DNA from: an uncultured Actinomycetes bacterium
Lineage (GTDB): Bacteria > Actinomycetota > Thermoleophilia > Gaiellales > Gaiellaceae
Length of the DNA stretch: 64,000 nucleotides
NCBI GenBank assembly: GCA_963698015.1
Contig: OY969109.1
Location: 1,882,641-1,946,640 of the forward strand
Reading direction: 5' to 3'
Shown here: one piece after another, positions 28,333-37,942 of the stretch
How the letters are laid out: each line of letters opens with the position of its first letter
Position numbering within the stretch: position 1 is the first letter of the stretch
Made by a program: the position numbers and the translations under genes
The notes under the pieces: generated by a model
Told to the model about the DNA's origin: nothing
What the model saw: the letters and a program-made list of their open reading frames with translations, nothing else
Databases searched by the model: none

Positions 28333-30114
28333 ATGTCGTTTTCGTCGCTGCTCCGAGGCGCGGCCGACTCGCTCGACCGGCGGTTCGGCTGGGATCATCT
28401 GCCTTTGCCGGCCGGCGTCCTCACCCTCGTCGGGCTGCGCGACCGCTTGCGTGAGGAGAACCTCTACGACACCGGGCGTGGCGCTCTCGACGTGCCCCCG
28501 GTCTCCGACCACGACGGCTATCTGACGTCGCGGACGCTCGACGGCACCTACAACGACCTCAACGACCCGCTGATGGGAAGCCTGGGCAGTCGCTTCGGCC
28601 GCAACGTGCCGCTCTCGTTTACGTACCGCGAGCCTCCGGACGCCATGCTCGACCCGAGCCCGAGGCTCGTCAGCCGGCAGCTGCTGACGCGCGAGGAGTT
28701 CCAGCCGGCGACGACGCTGAACCTGCTCGCCGGTGCCTGGATCCAGTTCGAGGTGCACGACTGGTTCAGCCACGGCAAGCCGGCGCCCGAGGAGCCGTGG
28801 GAGATCCCGGTGGACGACGACGACCCGTGGCCCGAGCATCCGATGAAGATTCCCCGCACGCACGCAGACCCGAGCACCGACCCGAACCAGCCGCACACGT
28901 TCGTCACCGACGACACGCACTGGTGGGACGGCTCGCAGATCTACGGCCGCGACCCCGCGTTCGCCGACGCGCTTCGTTCGGGCGAGAACGGGAAGCTGCG
29001 CATCGACGAGCAGGGCCTGCCGCCTCAGGAGCTCGAGGCGCACATCGACCTCAGCGGCGTCGCAGGCAACTTCTGGGTCGGCCTCGCGCTCCTGCATTCG
29101 CTCTTCATGCGCGAGCACAACGCGATTTGCGACGAGCTGCACGCGCGCCACCCCGAGCTCACGGAGCAGCAGCTCTACGACAAGGCGCGGCTGATCAACG
29201 CTGCGCTGATGGCCAAGATCCACACCGTCGACTGGACGCCCGCGATCATCGCCCACCCGACGACGGTCCTTGCTCTGCGCGCCAACTGGTGGGGCCTCGA
29301 GGGCGAGTCGCTGGATAAGCGCTTCGGCCGCAAGACCTCGAACGAGGTGATCCGCGGAATCCCCGGCTCGCCGACCAACCACCACGGCGTCCGCTACTCC
29401 CTGACCGAGGAGTTCGTCGCCGTCTACCGCATGCACCCGCTGATCCCGGACGACTACAGCTTCCGCTCGCTCGGGACGGATGCGCTGCTCCACGAGCACA
29501 CGCTCGAGGACCTGGGCGCATTGCACGTCCGCGAGCGGCTCGACGAGACGTCGATGCCCGACCTCTTCTACTCGTTCGGGACGTCCCATCCGGGCGCGAT
29601 CACGTTGCACAACTTCCCGCGGTTCCTCCAGACGTTCCACCGGCCAGACGGGACGACGATCGACCTCGCGGCGACCGACGTCCTCCGCACGCGCGAGCGC
29701 GGGGTGCCCAGGTACAACCAGTTCCGGCGCCTCTTCCACCTCAAGCCGGTCGACTCGTTCGAGGAGCTGACGGGCGACCCGGAGGTCGCGGAGGAGCTGC
29801 GCGCGGTGTACAACGACGTCGAGCGCGTCGACCACATGATCGGGATGTACGCAGAGCCGAAGCCGAAAGGGTTTGGGTTCAGCGACACGGCCTTCCGCGT
29901 CTTCATCCTTATGGCCTCGCGCCGGCTCAAGAGCGACCGGTTCTTCACGCGCGACTACCGGCCGGAGGTCTACACGCAGACGGGTCTCGACTGGATCGAG
30001 GACAACTCGATGCGCTCGCTGCTGCTGCGCCACATGCCCGAGCTCGAGCCCGCCCTGCGCGGGGTCGAGAATCCGTTCGCTCCCTGGCGGCGGGCCGGGT
30101 CGTCCGCAGCGTGA
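28333..30114 (+). CDS. Animal-haem-peroxidase superfamily protein, fatty-acid alpha-dioxygenase / cyclooxygenase-like
   Basis: LLAGAWIQFEVHDWFSH, THWWDGSQIYG, LHSLFMREHNAICD and GVRYSLTEEFVAVYRMHPLIPD are present. The Y-R-M-H element is equivalent to the Tyr/His pair YHWH of cyclooxygenases and YRMH of plant alpha-DOX. Confidence 0.85.
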   Translation: MSFSSLLRGAADSLDRRFGWDHLPLPAGVLTLVGLRDRLREENLYDTGRGALDVPPVSDHDGYLTSRTLDGTYNDLNDPLMGSLGSRFGRNVPLSFTYREPPDAMLDPSPRLVSRQLLTREEFQPATTLNLLAGAWIQFEVHDWFSHGKPAPEEPWEIPVDDDDPWPEHPMKIPRTHADPSTDPNQPHTFVTDDTHWWDGSQIYGRDPAFADALRSGENGKLRIDEQGLPPQELEAHIDLSGVAGNFWVGLALLHSLFMREHNAICDELHARHPELTEQQLYDKARLINAALMAKIHTVDWTPAIIAHPTTVLALRANWWGLEGESLDKRFGRKTSNEVIRGIPGSPTNHHGVRYSLTEEFVAVYRMHPLIPDDYSFRSLGTDALLHEHTLEDLGALHVRERLDETSMPDLFYSFGTSHPGAITLHNFPRFLQTFHRPDGTTIDLAATDVLRTRERGVPRYNQFRRLFHLKPVDSFEELTGDPEVAEELRAVYNDVERVDHMIGMYAEPKPKGFGFSDTAFRVFILMASRRLKSDRFFTRDYRPEVYTQTGLDWIEDNSMRSLLLRHMPELEPALRGVENPFAPWRRAGSSAA

Positions 30115-30479
30115 AGAGCGGCGACGTCGCGCGCGTCGCGCTCGCCGCGATCCGGATCTTCAACGGTGGCACCGCGCTGGTCGCACCGGAGCGGCTCAAC
30201 CGGAGGCTCGGCCTCGACGAGACCGCGGTCTATCCCTGGCGGATGTTCGGGATCCGGACCGTGCTGATCGGCGTCGATCTCCTCTCGAGCGACCGCGATG
30301 TGAGGCGCCATGCGCAGCGCCTGGCCTTGCTCGTCCACGTCTCGGACACTGTCTCGGCGGCCAGGGCCGGCTACACGAAGGCGCTCTCGCCACGTGCCGC
30401 CGCGACGGCGACCGCGATCTCGGCGGTCAACGTCGGCCTCGCGCTCGTCGCAAGCCGGGACGCCTGGCGCAGACCCTAG
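30111..30479 (+). CDS. Small hydrophobic hypothetical protein
   Basis: GTG 30111 overlaps the peroxidase stop (GTGA). 122 aa with 3-4 hydrophobic segments. Confidence 0.5.
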   Translation: MKSGDVARVALAAIRIFNGGTALVAPERLNRRLGLDETAVYPWRMFGIRTVLIGVDLLSSDRDVRRHAQRLALLVHVSDTVSAARAGYTKALSPRAAATATAISAVNVGLALVASRDAWRRP

Positions 30480-32362
30480 CCTGTCGGCCCCACGCGTCCC
30501 AGCCGGTTGAAGATCGGCGTCGTGACGTAAACGGCACCGAGCGAGTAGACGAAGAGCAGCGGCGCCATGACGATGGGCACGAGGTAGGAGACGATCAGCA
30601 TCCCCGGCCACCGGACGAAGGCCGGACCGCGCTCCTTCACGTAGAGCACGATCAGCAGTGGCGTCACGACGAGTGGCAGCAGGAGCCACCAGACCGGCCA
30701 GTCCGAGCCGAGCGCGTCCGCGATGTCGTCCCACCGGACGACGAGGAGCGCGAGCAGAGCGACGATCGCGAGCCCGGCTGCGACCTTCAGCGCCTTGAGC
30801 GCGCGGGGGAACAGCGAGATCGGCTTGAAGAACCGCTGGCGCGCGACGGCCAGCCGGCGCCCGAAGCCGGCGGGCAGCGGCGAGGCACCGCTCTGGTCGA
30901 CCACAACGCGAAAGTCCCAGCGCTCGGGAACGGGCGACACGTCCGGGGGGCCGGTCGCGATGAAGTCGGCGAACCGAGGATCGCGGCCCAGCACGAAGTC
31001 GGTCATCAGGTACCCGTCGAGCATGAGCGAGAAGCACTCCGTGTCGCTGAACGAGTCGAGGTCGGTGCGGACGCGCGACAGCAGTCGCTGGGCCTCGATG
31101 GAGATGCCGAAGTCCGAGGAGAGCGGCTTGACCTGGAGCATCTCCTTCGGCCCGGCCTCGACCGGCTGCCCGTCGTCCGCGAGCGGCAGCTCGACGGCGC
31201 CGACGAGCCCCTTGCGCAGGTGCATGAGGGCGATCGGCTCGGGCCGCGCGAAGGCGTGCGCGAGCTGCTCGTCGCGAACGCGGTCTCCGAAGATCGAGTT
31301 GGCTCGGCCCGCTACGCCGGGGATGCGCGTGAGCGGCAGGCTCTCATCGGCCAGCTGGCCGGACGCGTCGCTGACGATGAGGTGGGTGCAGTCGGTGTCG
31401 AACAACCCCTGCAGTCCCTGGTTGTCGTGCACGCCTCCGTCGACGAGCTCGACGCGGATCCCGTCGTAGAGGTCGCTGATCGCGAGTGGGTGGAAGAGCG
31501 CCGGCACGCAGGCGGAGGCGGCCACCGCCACGGCGAGCGGAAAGTCGCGCTGCCGGCTCGTGATCGCGCGGTGGCGCGTGGCCGACGACGTGTCGGGCTC
31601 GAAATAGCCCGGCTCGAGCCGCATGTTCTTGTCGACGTTCGCGTAGACCTCTCGCGCGACCTCGTCGTTGGGCAGGGGCTCGCCCATCCGCACGGCCTCG
31701 AAGCGCCAGTTGTGGCCGGTGTTGAGCGTCGTCGCGTTGATCAGGAGCACGGGCACCTTCGCGTGCTTCCGCCCCGGATTGTGCTCGTCGGGCCGGAACG
31801 AGTCGGCTTCGTCGGGGGGCATGATCTTGAGCTCGCTGAGCGCGATCTGCTGGTCGACGAGGCCGAACCAGCGCTTCGGTCGCGGCGTGCCCCAGGCCGG
31901 CTTGTAGAAGAGCCGGTCGTAGAGGTCGCCGATCCGGTCGCTCCGCGAGTACGTTGCCTTCGCCATCCAGACGTTCTTGGGCAGATTGAGGAACGCGCGC
32001 GCCCGGATGTTCTTCTGGATCGCGTGCCGGAAGTCGCGTTGGATCGCCTCGACGATGGCGACGTACTCCGAGTTGTCGTCTCCGATCTCGGAGTCGCCTT
32101 TGCGTTCGAGGAGGTTCTTGACATGCAGGTAGTAGAGGGCCCCGATGATCGAGCCGCCCGAGACCATCGAGATCACCTCGACCCTGCGCAGGATCCCGAG
32201 CTCCGCGAGCCGCGCGAGGACACCGACGTGGAAGAGGGCCGCGCGGAAACCGCCGCCGGACAGGGCGAGGCCGATCTTGACCGGAGCGGCTGAGTCGGCG
32301 TTTGGCACTTGGACGGCGCCTCCACGATCCCACCAAGCCAGCGGGGTTGTCAATCGGCCCAC
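30476..32362 (-). CDS. Patatin-like phospholipase with C-terminal multi-TM anchor
   Basis: GLALSGGGFRAA is the oxyanion G-G-G-x-R motif, MVSGGSIIG the nucleophile elbow and LVDGGVHDNQG the catalytic Asp. Three C-terminal TM helices are present (for example WPVWWLLLPLVVTPLLIVLYV). The start is uncertain; an alternative GTG lies at 32308. Confidence 0.85.
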   Translation of the reverse strand: MGRLTTPLAWWDRGGAVQVPNADSAAPVKIGLALSGGGFRAALFHVGVLARLAELGILRRVEVISMVSGGSIIGALYYLHVKNLLERKGDSEIGDDNSEYVAIVEAIQRDFRHAIQKNIRARAFLNLPKNVWMAKATYSRSDRIGDLYDRLFYKPAWGTPRPKRWFGLVDQQIALSELKIMPPDEADSFRPDEHNPGRKHAKVPVLLINATTLNTGHNWRFEAVRMGEPLPNDEVAREVYANVDKNMRLEPGYFEPDTSSATRHRAITSRQRDFPLAVAVAASACVPALFHPLAISDLYDGIRVELVDGGVHDNQGLQGLFDTDCTHLIVSDASGQLADESLPLTRIPGVAGRANSIFGDRVRDEQLAHAFARPEPIALMHLRKGLVGAVELPLADDGQPVEAGPKEMLQVKPLSSDFGISIEAQRLLSRVRTDLDSFSDTECFSLMLDGYLMTDFVLGRDPRFADFIATGPPDVSPVPERWDFRVVVDQSGASPLPAGFGRRLAVARQRFFKPISLFPRALKALKVAAGLAIVALLALLVVRWDDIADALGSDWPVWWLLLPLVVTPLLIVLYVKERGPAFVRWPGMLIVSYLVPIVMAPLLFVYSLGAVYVTTPIFNRLGRVGPTG

Positions 32363-32398
32363 CGCCGAGACACTTTCAGTGAACCTTAAGATCGCCCG

Positions 32399-33268
32399 GT
32401 GAGCAGGCGATCATTACTCGTCGCAGGGCTCCAGAGCTCAGGAGTCCCGAATGATCCCGTCGCGACGCTCGAGGAGTTCGAGCGGCACGTTCGGACGATC
32501 AGCTCGACATTCGACGGCGTGCAGCTCGTCGTCGCACCGGAGCTTCATCTGACGGCCCTGCCGCCGCTGCTCGAAGAGGAGGGGCCGCCCGAGGAGCGAG
32601 CCGTGCGCGTCCCCGGGCCGCTCACCGAGCGGCTCGGCGCCGTCGCGCGGGACACGGGTCTCTGGCTCGTCCCGGGGAGCGTGTACGAGCAGGCGGAGGA
32701 GGGGATCTACAACACCGCGCTCGTCTTCTCGCCGGCGGGAGACCTCGTCACGAGCTACCGGAAGTGCTTTCCGTGGCAGCCGTACGAGACCGTGCTGCCC
32801 GGACGCGAGGCCGTCGGTTTCGAGATCGACGGGATCGGCCGTGTAGGCCTCGCGATCTGCCACGACGGCGTCTTTCCCGAGGTGTTCCGCCAGCTGGCCT
32901 GGGACGGCGCGGAGGCAATCGTCCAGGTGAGCCTCACGCCCACGAGCGACCGCGCGATCGAGATCGTCGTCGCGCGCGCGAACGCGTACGTGAATCAGGT
33001 CTTCCTCGTCAACGTCAACGCTGCCGCACCGGTCGGGAACGGCCGGAGCGTGGTTGTCGATCCCGAGGGCACGGTCCTGTACGAGGCCGGGGCGGGCGAG
33101 GAGGTCGTGACCGCCCTGGTCGACTTCGACAGGGTCGCGCTCGTCCGCGAGCGAGGCAGCTTCGGGCTCAACCGCCTGCTCGAGCAGCTCGACCGGCACG
33201 GATCCGAGCTCGAGCTCCCGATGTACGGCGGCCGCTACCGGCCCCGCCCGGGCAGCCGGCCCGCCTGA
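32399..33268 (+). CDS. Carbon-nitrogen hydrolase (nitrilase superfamily amidase)
   Basis: The Glu/Lys/Cys triad contexts are VVAPELHL, YRKCFPW and GLAICHDGVFPE. Confidence 0.85.
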   Translation: MSRRSLLVAGLQSSGVPNDPVATLEEFERHVRTISSTFDGVQLVVAPELHLTALPPLLEEEGPPEERAVRVPGPLTERLGAVARDTGLWLVPGSVYEQAEEGIYNTALVFSPAGDLVTSYRKCFPWQPYETVLPGREAVGFEIDGIGRVGLAICHDGVFPEVFRQLAWDGAEAIVQVSLTPTSDRAIEIVVARANAYVNQVFLVNVNAAAPVGNGRSVVVDPEGTVLYEAGAGEEVVTALVDFDRVALVRERGSFGLNRLLEQLDRHGSELELPMYGGRYRPRPGSRPA

Positions 33269-34266
33269 GCGAGCAGCTCGATTGTCTCGTCGTGCGGGAG
33301 CGCCTCGACGAGGTGCCCGTCGCGGCCGGCGACGTCTTGCGCGGCCCAGAGCGAGTTGACGACGGCCTCCTCGGTCGCGTCCACGGTCGCCTCGAAAAGG
33401 TGGTCGAGGTCGTCGTCGCGGACCGAGCGCTCGTCGCCGGTGGCGAATGCGAGAAAGATCTCGCCGCTTCCGTGGGACGCAATCGATCCGGTGCGCGCGA
33501 GCCCGAGCCCGGCCCGTCGCGCGATTCGCTCCAGCTGGTGAGGCGACAGCTGCGCGTCCGTCGAGACCACGACGATGCAGCTTCCGGCGTCGGCCGGCGG
33601 GGGCGCCGATTCGAGCAGCCGCCTCACCGGGACGCCGTCGATCCGCAGGTTCCCGCCGAAATTCGTGAGCGCGAGGACTCCGATCGTCGCGTCGAGTTCG
33701 AGGACGACGCGGCTCGACGACCCGATTCCACCTTTGTAGCCGAGGCACGACATGCCCGTCCCGGCGCCGACCGCGCCCTGGTCGAAGCTCTCGCTCGCCG
33801 TCGCGACCGCATGCTTCACGTCGTCGGCGGTGACGTGCACGAGCCGCGCATCACTGAGCCAGCTGTCGTCGCACTCGCCGACGACCGGGATCACGACGTC
33901 GTGCGTGCCGACCGAGACGTCCGCCTCGACGGCGACCTCCACTGCAGCGTCCATCACCCGGCCGACGGCGTGCGTCGACGTCAGATAGACCGGCGTCTCA
34001 AGGATTCCCCACTCGCGGACTTGGAGCGAGCCGGTCAGCTCCCCGGCGCCGTTCAGGACCGCCGTCCCCGCCGGGACCGGGTGCTCGAGCAGGTCCTTGA
34101 CCGGTTTGGGCAGGATCACGGTGACGCCCGTGCGGGCGACGGCAGGATCGTCACGCCGGACCGTGACCTGGCCGACGACCACTCCGGGCACGTCCGTGAT
34201 CGCGTTGCCCGAGCCGGCGTCGAGGTCCCCGATGCGAAGGCCGTGATCTCGGAGCGTCTCGCTCAC
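33235..34266 (-). CDS. P1/S58 (DmpA-type) aminopeptidase
   Basis: GTG 34266 is in frame with the track ORF ending at 33235. NAITDVPGVVVGQVT, VLNGAGELTG and GAVGAGTGMSCLGYKGGIGSSS are present. Confidence 0.8.
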   Translation of the reverse strand: MSETLRDHGLRIGDLDAGSGNAITDVPGVVVGQVTVRRDDPAVARTGVTVILPKPVKDLLEHPVPAGTAVLNGAGELTGSLQVREWGILETPVYLTSTHAVGRVMDAAVEVAVEADVSVGTHDVVIPVVGECDDSWLSDARLVHVTADDVKHAVATASESFDQGAVGAGTGMSCLGYKGGIGSSSRVVLELDATIGVLALTNFGGNLRIDGVPVRRLLESAPPPADAGSCIVVVSTDAQLSPHQLERIARRAGLGLARTGSIASHGSGEIFLAFATGDERSVRDDDLDHLFEATVDATEEAVVNSLWAAQDVAGRDGHLVEALPHDETIELLAQAGRLPGRGR

Positions 34267-34290
34267 CGGGCGACCATATAGTCGGCCGCG

Positions 34291-35310
34291 ATGGTCGCGA
34301 TGCCGATCGTGTGGGACGAGCGCTGCCGGCTCCACGAGCCCGGCGCGGAGATCTGGGTCGGCCTGGCGACGCCCGGGACGGAAGTGCCCGCCCGCGCGGA
34401 CGCGCTGCTCGCGGCGCTCGGCGACACCGTGCCGGCCGAGCCGCACGACGACGAGGTGCTGCTGCAGGTCCACGACCGGGAGCTCGTCGCCTTCCTCGAG
34501 TCGGCGTGGGAGTCGTGGCGGGCCGCGGGCCTCCCGGAGGATCCCGGACAGGGGCGCGTCGTTCCGTATGTGTTCGCACACGAAGGGATCCGTGCGCGGA
34601 GGGCGCCGGCCGCGGTGTGGGCGCGCCCCGGCTACTTCGCCTACGACACGATGACGCTGATCGGCCCCGGCACGTGGGAGGCCGCGCGCGGAGCCGTCGA
34701 TGCCGCGCTCACGGCCGCTGATCTCGTCACCGCGGGCGCGCCCCACGCGTACGCGCTCTGCCGTCCGCCCGGACACCACGTCTGCCGTGCCGCCTTCGGA
34801 GGCTCGTGCTACCTGAACAACGCCGCGGTCGCAGCCGAGGCGCTTCGCCGCACCGCGGACCGGGTCGCCGTCCTCGACGTCGACGCGCACCACGGCAACG
34901 GGACGCAGGAGATCTTCTGGGACCGCGACGATGTCCAGGTCGCTTCCGTCCACGTCGATCCTGCCGCCGGCTGGTTCCCGCACTTCGTGGGCTTCGTGGA
35001 CGAGACGACCGGCTCGAACCTCAACCTGCCGCTCGCGCCCGGAACCGGCGACGACGGCTGGCTGAGCGCGGTCGGCCAGGCAGGCGAGTGGATCGAGGCC
35101 GAGGCGCTCATCGTCTCGCTTGGCGTCGATGCGTCCGCGGGCGATCCCGAGAGCCCGCTGCGGGTGAGTGCCGCCGGATTCCGCGAGGCGGGCCGCATCG
35201 TCGGCGTGCTCGGGCTGCCGACGGTGCTCGTCCAGGAGGGCGGCTACGACCTCGAGACGCTCGGACCGCTCGTGCTCGAGTTCCTGCGCGGTGTAGAAAG
35301 CGCAGCATGA
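34291..35310 (+). CDS. Histone-deacetylase-family amidohydrolase (acetylpolyamine/acetoin-utilisation type)
   Basis: CRPPGHH, DVDAHHGNGTQEIF and LVQEGGY are present. Confidence 0.88.
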   Translation: MVAMPIVWDERCRLHEPGAEIWVGLATPGTEVPARADALLAALGDTVPAEPHDDEVLLQVHDRELVAFLESAWESWRAAGLPEDPGQGRVVPYVFAHEGIRARRAPAAVWARPGYFAYDTMTLIGPGTWEAARGAVDAALTAADLVTAGAPHAYALCRPPGHHVCRAAFGGSCYLNNAAVAAEALRRTADRVAVLDVDAHHGNGTQEIFWDRDDVQVASVHVDPAAGWFPHFVGFVDETTGSNLNLPLAPGTGDDGWLSAVGQAGEWIEAEALIVSLGVDASAGDPESPLRVSAAGFREAGRIVGVLGLPTVLVQEGGYDLETLGPLVLEFLRGVESAA

Positions 35311-36272
35311 TCGAGGCGACGATCTTCGGGAAACCCCTCCCAGACGGCGGCACGATCGGCGTCGCCGCCGCCGCAAGCCCGCACGAAGGCAAGTCGGAGG
35401 TGTACCGCGGCGTCGAGTGGTGGGAGTCCCACGGCTACAACGTGAAGCTCGGCGACGGCGTTTTCGCGATCGACGACTACGTCGCCGGCGACCCGGAGCA
35501 GCGCGCTGCTGACCTGAATGCTCTCTTCGCCGACCCCGAGGTCGACGTCGTCCAGGTGCTACAGGGCGGCTACGGCTCGGCGCAGCTGATCCCGTACATC
35601 GACTTCGACGTGATCGCGGCCAACCCGAAGCCGTTCATCGGCTACTCGGACATCACGGCACTCCACGTCGCGATCCGGCAGCGGACCGGCCTCGCGACGC
35701 TCTACGGCTACGGCCTCGCAGGAGTGGGGGACAGCGAGTCGACTCCGTTCTCGCTCGACCGCCTGCTCGACGTGCTGCGGGCCGGCGGCGCCGGCGACGT
35801 CCCTCGCGATCCCGACGATCCGTACGTGCGCGCGATCAGCCCGGGCAAGGTGACCGCGCCTCTCGTCGGCGGCTGCTTCTGGCTCCTGATCCAGACCATG
35901 GGCACGCCGTGGGAGATCGAGCTCGAGGGCGCGATCCTCTTCTTCGAGGACGTGAAGCTCCCGCCGTACTTCCTCGACGGCTTCCTCAATCAGCTGAAAG
36001 ACGCGGGCAAGCTTCAGCAGGTGGCAGGCTTCGTCGTCGGCGAGATGAAGGACTGCGACTACGCGGATATGCGCGAGTCCTCCGAGTGGCCCCGGTCACG
36101 GACGCTCGAGGACGTGCTCGAGCAGTACCTGGAGCCGCTCGGGGTGCCCGTCCTCTACAAGCTTCCGCTCGGCCACGGGAAGCACCTCGCTTCCATCCCG
36201 CTGGGGGTTCGTTGTACGCTCGACGCCGACATGCGGAGCCTGAACGTGGACGAGCCCGCGTTCAGGGAGTGA
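35307..36272 (+). CDS. LD-carboxypeptidase (peptidase S66, MccF/LdcA-like)
   Basis: ATGA overlap with the upstream stop. FIGYSDITALHVAI carries the Ser nucleophile. The C-terminal region reads LPLGHGKH. Confidence 0.8.
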   Translation: MIEATIFGKPLPDGGTIGVAAAASPHEGKSEVYRGVEWWESHGYNVKLGDGVFAIDDYVAGDPEQRAADLNALFADPEVDVVQVLQGGYGSAQLIPYIDFDVIAANPKPFIGYSDITALHVAIRQRTGLATLYGYGLAGVGDSESTPFSLDRLLDVLRAGGAGDVPRDPDDPYVRAISPGKVTAPLVGGCFWLLIQTMGTPWEIELEGAILFFEDVKLPPYFLDGFLNQLKDAGKLQQVAGFVVGEMKDCDYADMRESSEWPRSRTLEDVLEQYLEPLGVPVLYKLPLGHGKHLASIPLGVRCTLDADMRSLNVDEPAFRE

Positions 36273-36292
36273 ATCCCGGGGAGGGCGGACTG

Positions 36293-37921
36293 GTGAGGAA
36301 GACTTCGGCGGCGCTGTTCCTGTTGGCGATCCTGGCCGCGGGGTGCGGCGGATCCAGCTCGAGCAGCCAGGAAGGCGGGACGTTCAAGATCGGCACGAGC
36401 TCGCGGATCGACTCGCTCAACCCGTACGTCGCCTTCAACCAGGACGCGTACTCGACCTTCGAGTACATCTATCCGACCCTCATCCAGTACGACAAAGAGA
36501 ACAAGAAGTTCGTCCCCGACTTCGCGAAGTCGTGGACGACCTCCGCGGACGGCAAGACCTGGACTTTCAAGACGGTCCACGGGGCGAAGTGGTCGGACGG
36601 CCAGCCGCTGACCGCCGAGGACGCGGCCTGGAGGATCAACACCGACATCAAGTACAAGAGCACCGGCGCGGCGAACGACGCCGGGCTGATCGCCCACATC
36701 ACGCGCGCCGAGGCCCCGGACCCGGACACGCTCGTCATCCACTACGCCGCGCCGGCCGGGAACGTGCTCGGGCAGTTCCAGCAGTACCCGATCATCCCAA
36801 AGCACATCTGGGAAGCCCACACGGGGAACAAGGGCACCGACCTCAAGACCTTCGCGAACAACGCGCCCATCGTCGGCGCGGGCCCATTCACCTTGAAGGA
36901 GTTCAAGAAGGACCAGATCGCGCTCTTCCAGCGCTACGACGGTTTCTACGGCCCGAAGCCGAAGATCGACGCGTTCGGCCTGAGGATGTTCTCGAACGAC
37001 GACGCGCTGGTGGCCGCGCTCAAGGCGCACGAGATCGACGCGATCGAAGAGGTGCCGCCGACCGCGATCGACACGCTGAAGAAAGCGGGCTTCGACGTCA
37101 ACGACGTGCCCGGCACGGATCAGACGGACTTCATCATCAACTCGAGCCCCAACAAGAAGAGCCACCCGGAGCTGCAGAACCTGCAGGTGCGCGAGGCCTT
37201 CGACAACGCCATCGACCGGAAACGGATCGTCGACGTCGTCTTCCTGGGGACCGCCAAGCCGGCGGGATCGATCATCCCGAGCGCGACCGGAGAGTGGGCC
37301 AATCCGAGCGTCCAGCCGACCGCGTTCAACATCGACAAGGCGAACTCGATCCTCGACGGCCTCGGCTACAAGCGAGGCGGGGACGGCATCCGGGTCGCCA
37401 ACGGGTCGAAGATGGCGTACGAAGTGATTACGCCGACCGACCTCTCGAGCGCCAACCGGACCTTCGAGATCCTGCAGCCCGACTTCAGGAAGATCGGCGT
37501 GCAGCTGACCCAGAAGTCGCTCGACTCGTCGGCCGCATTCGACGCGATGACCGCTCCGGATGGCAAGTACGCGAACTTCGACCTGGCGCTCTGGGACTGG
37601 ACCGGGCTCATCGATCCCGACTTCATGCTCTCGGTCGTCACCTGCGACCAGTGGAGCGGGTGGAGCGACTCGGGCTTCTGCGACAAGAAGTACGACGCGA
37701 TGTACTCGAAACAGCAGCTGACTCCCGACCAGGCCAAGCGCCGCGATGTCGTCTGGCAGGCGCAGACGTACTTGGCCCAGAAGAAGCCCTACCTGTGGCT
37801 GGCCGCGCTCGACCATGTCGGGGCCGTGTCGACGAAGTGGACGGATCTCGTCGACTCGCCGCAGGGGCCGTTCAACTCGCTGTCGAAGCTGAGCTTGACG
37901 AGCGTCCACCAAGCCGGCTGA
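36293..37921 (+). CDS. ABC transporter substrate-binding lipoprotein, family 5 (peptide/nickel)
   Basis: GTG 36293 is in frame. The lipobox is LAILAAGCGG. IDSLNPYVAFNQDAYSTFEYIYPTLIQYD is typical of DppA/OppA-like SBPs. Confidence 0.88.
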   Translation: MRKTSAALFLLAILAAGCGGSSSSSQEGGTFKIGTSSRIDSLNPYVAFNQDAYSTFEYIYPTLIQYDKENKKFVPDFAKSWTTSADGKTWTFKTVHGAKWSDGQPLTAEDAAWRINTDIKYKSTGAANDAGLIAHITRAEAPDPDTLVIHYAAPAGNVLGQFQQYPIIPKHIWEAHTGNKGTDLKTFANNAPIVGAGPFTLKEFKKDQIALFQRYDGFYGPKPKIDAFGLRMFSNDDALVAALKAHEIDAIEEVPPTAIDTLKKAGFDVNDVPGTDQTDFIINSSPNKKSHPELQNLQVREAFDNAIDRKRIVDVVFLGTAKPAGSIIPSATGEWANPSVQPTAFNIDKANSILDGLGYKRGGDGIRVANGSKMAYEVITPTDLSSANRTFEILQPDFRKIGVQLTQKSLDSSAAFDAMTAPDGKYANFDLALWDWTGLIDPDFMLSVVTCDQWSGWSDSGFCDKKYDAMYSKQQLTPDQAKRRDVVWQAQTYLAQKKPYLWLAALDHVGAVSTKWTDLVDSPQGPFNSLSKLSLTSVHQAG

Positions 37922-37942
37922 GGCTGCTCCCCGGGGGGTCCG

